From: Convolutriloba macropyga
Taxonomy: Eukaryota
Length of the DNA: 64,000 bases
NCBI RefSeq assembly: GCF_964194025.1
Contig: NC_134476.1
Location: 37,386,001 to 37,450,000 of the forward strand
Direction of reading: 5' to 3'
Shown here: piece by piece, positions 63,100 through 64,000 of the stretch
How positions within the stretch are numbered: the stretch's first letter is position 1
How the letters are laid out: every line of letters starts with the position of its first letter
Position numbers and translations under genes: made by a program
The notes under the pieces: generated by a model
Database searches by the model: none
The model's input: only the letters and a program-made list of their open reading frames with translations
Told to the model about the DNA's origin: nothing

Positions 63100-64000
63100 T
63101 AATCCGAAATATAGTTGGCGTCGTATATGCTCTGCTGTTCGAGTAGTCTGTCTATATTGTTGACTTGTTCGACCGCTGTTGTAGAGGTACGCACTGTGGC
63201 CACCTCAGAAACAGAATCATCAACCTTATTTACTCTGGGTTTTGATTTATAGGGAAGTTTAGGTTTGCGACAAACTTTTGCAAAGTGGTTAACAATACCA
63301 CAATTTTTACAATTCTTTCCACGGGCTGGGCAATTTGGTCTATGTAAAGCTGACTATCCATAGCCACAGTTTGGAGAAATTGTAGGCTTGACGAATTGGT
63401 TAGTCGAAGGGCGTGATCTATTCCATGATCCTTGTACATTATTCACTGTCGAACTGGTAATTCCATTTGTTGACGTCTGAGCTGCAGTCCCAGGTATTTT
63501 GAATTGATTTTGTTTTCCCGTTTCAATGATCATGGCAACTTCTAGTGCCTTCTTCGCTGTTTTTTTCTCCTTTAGCAATTCTCTTTGAATTTCGCCATCT
63601 TGCGTGTTTGCTATGAAGACATCACTAATGATTGATTCCTCGTGGCTTCCTAAATCGCAATTCAAGGATAGTTCCCGAGGACAACCGTAGAACTTTTCCA
63701 CAGGTTCTCCCTTCAGTTGTTTCCTGGTGAGAAAGGTATACCGATCGAAAATGATGTTTCGTTGTTTAGTAAACACCCTATCTAGACTTTCCCAAAGATC
63801 CTTTGTTGTTACCCTGTCAATCTGGATATTTGGTTCTTGAGAATCAAATATTCGTCTACCCTCCATCCCCAGGCTGAGATACGTTAGGGAGACTGCTTTG
63901 TTATCACAATACTTCCAGGGTATTTCACCGCACAATATACCTATGAGTTATGTTTTCTGACAACGATTTAGCCACGAGTTCTTCAATTGCTCGTTTCGGA
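63100..64000 (-). pseudogene. gag: gag of element C (partial)
   Basis: YLSLGMEGRR, FDRYTFLTRKQLKGEPVEKF, knuckle CKNCGIVNHFAKVC. Confidence 0.9.

Larger units (their letters stand above)
57799..64000 (-). mobile_element. Ty3/Gypsy LTR retrotransposon C (Mag-like, same lineage as B), continues beyond right edge
   Basis: gag-PR-RT-RH-IN on the minus strand, homologous to B at protein level; 3' LTR begins TGTGGTAC as in B. Confidence 0.93.

Overview
AT-rich, repeat-dominated eukaryotic DNA, probably from an invertebrate animal (inference), with a 200-N scaffold gap at 56186-56385. I found no prokaryotic operons or CRISPR arrays. The window holds three Ty3/Gypsy LTR retrotransposons: A (minus, 1-5387, runs off the left edge), B (plus, 13948-20449, both LTRs and a 5-bp TSD, Mag-like) and C (minus, ~57799-64000, same lineage as B, runs off the right edge). 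It also holds three CRE-like RLE non-LTR copies, decayed CR1/L2-like and I-group LINE fragments, a Penelope-like fragment, a Helentron-type non-autonomous element carrying a tRNA-Asn-like segment, several foldback/MITE elements, and many local tandem duplications. The most striking object is element A. Its 1.2-kb leader packs three small same-strand ORFs, one a 55-aa transmembrane micro-protein. Gag-pol is joined by an A-AAA-AAC -1 frameshift site, a catalytically dead dUTPase-like domain lies between protease and RT, and the RT carries LAQG/FMDD motifs. Its pol tail encodes a TARG1/OARD1-type ADP-ribose glycohydrolase macrodomain, which the ORF track missed because the frame runs off the window edge. 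All assignments come from reading and hand translation; no searches were run.
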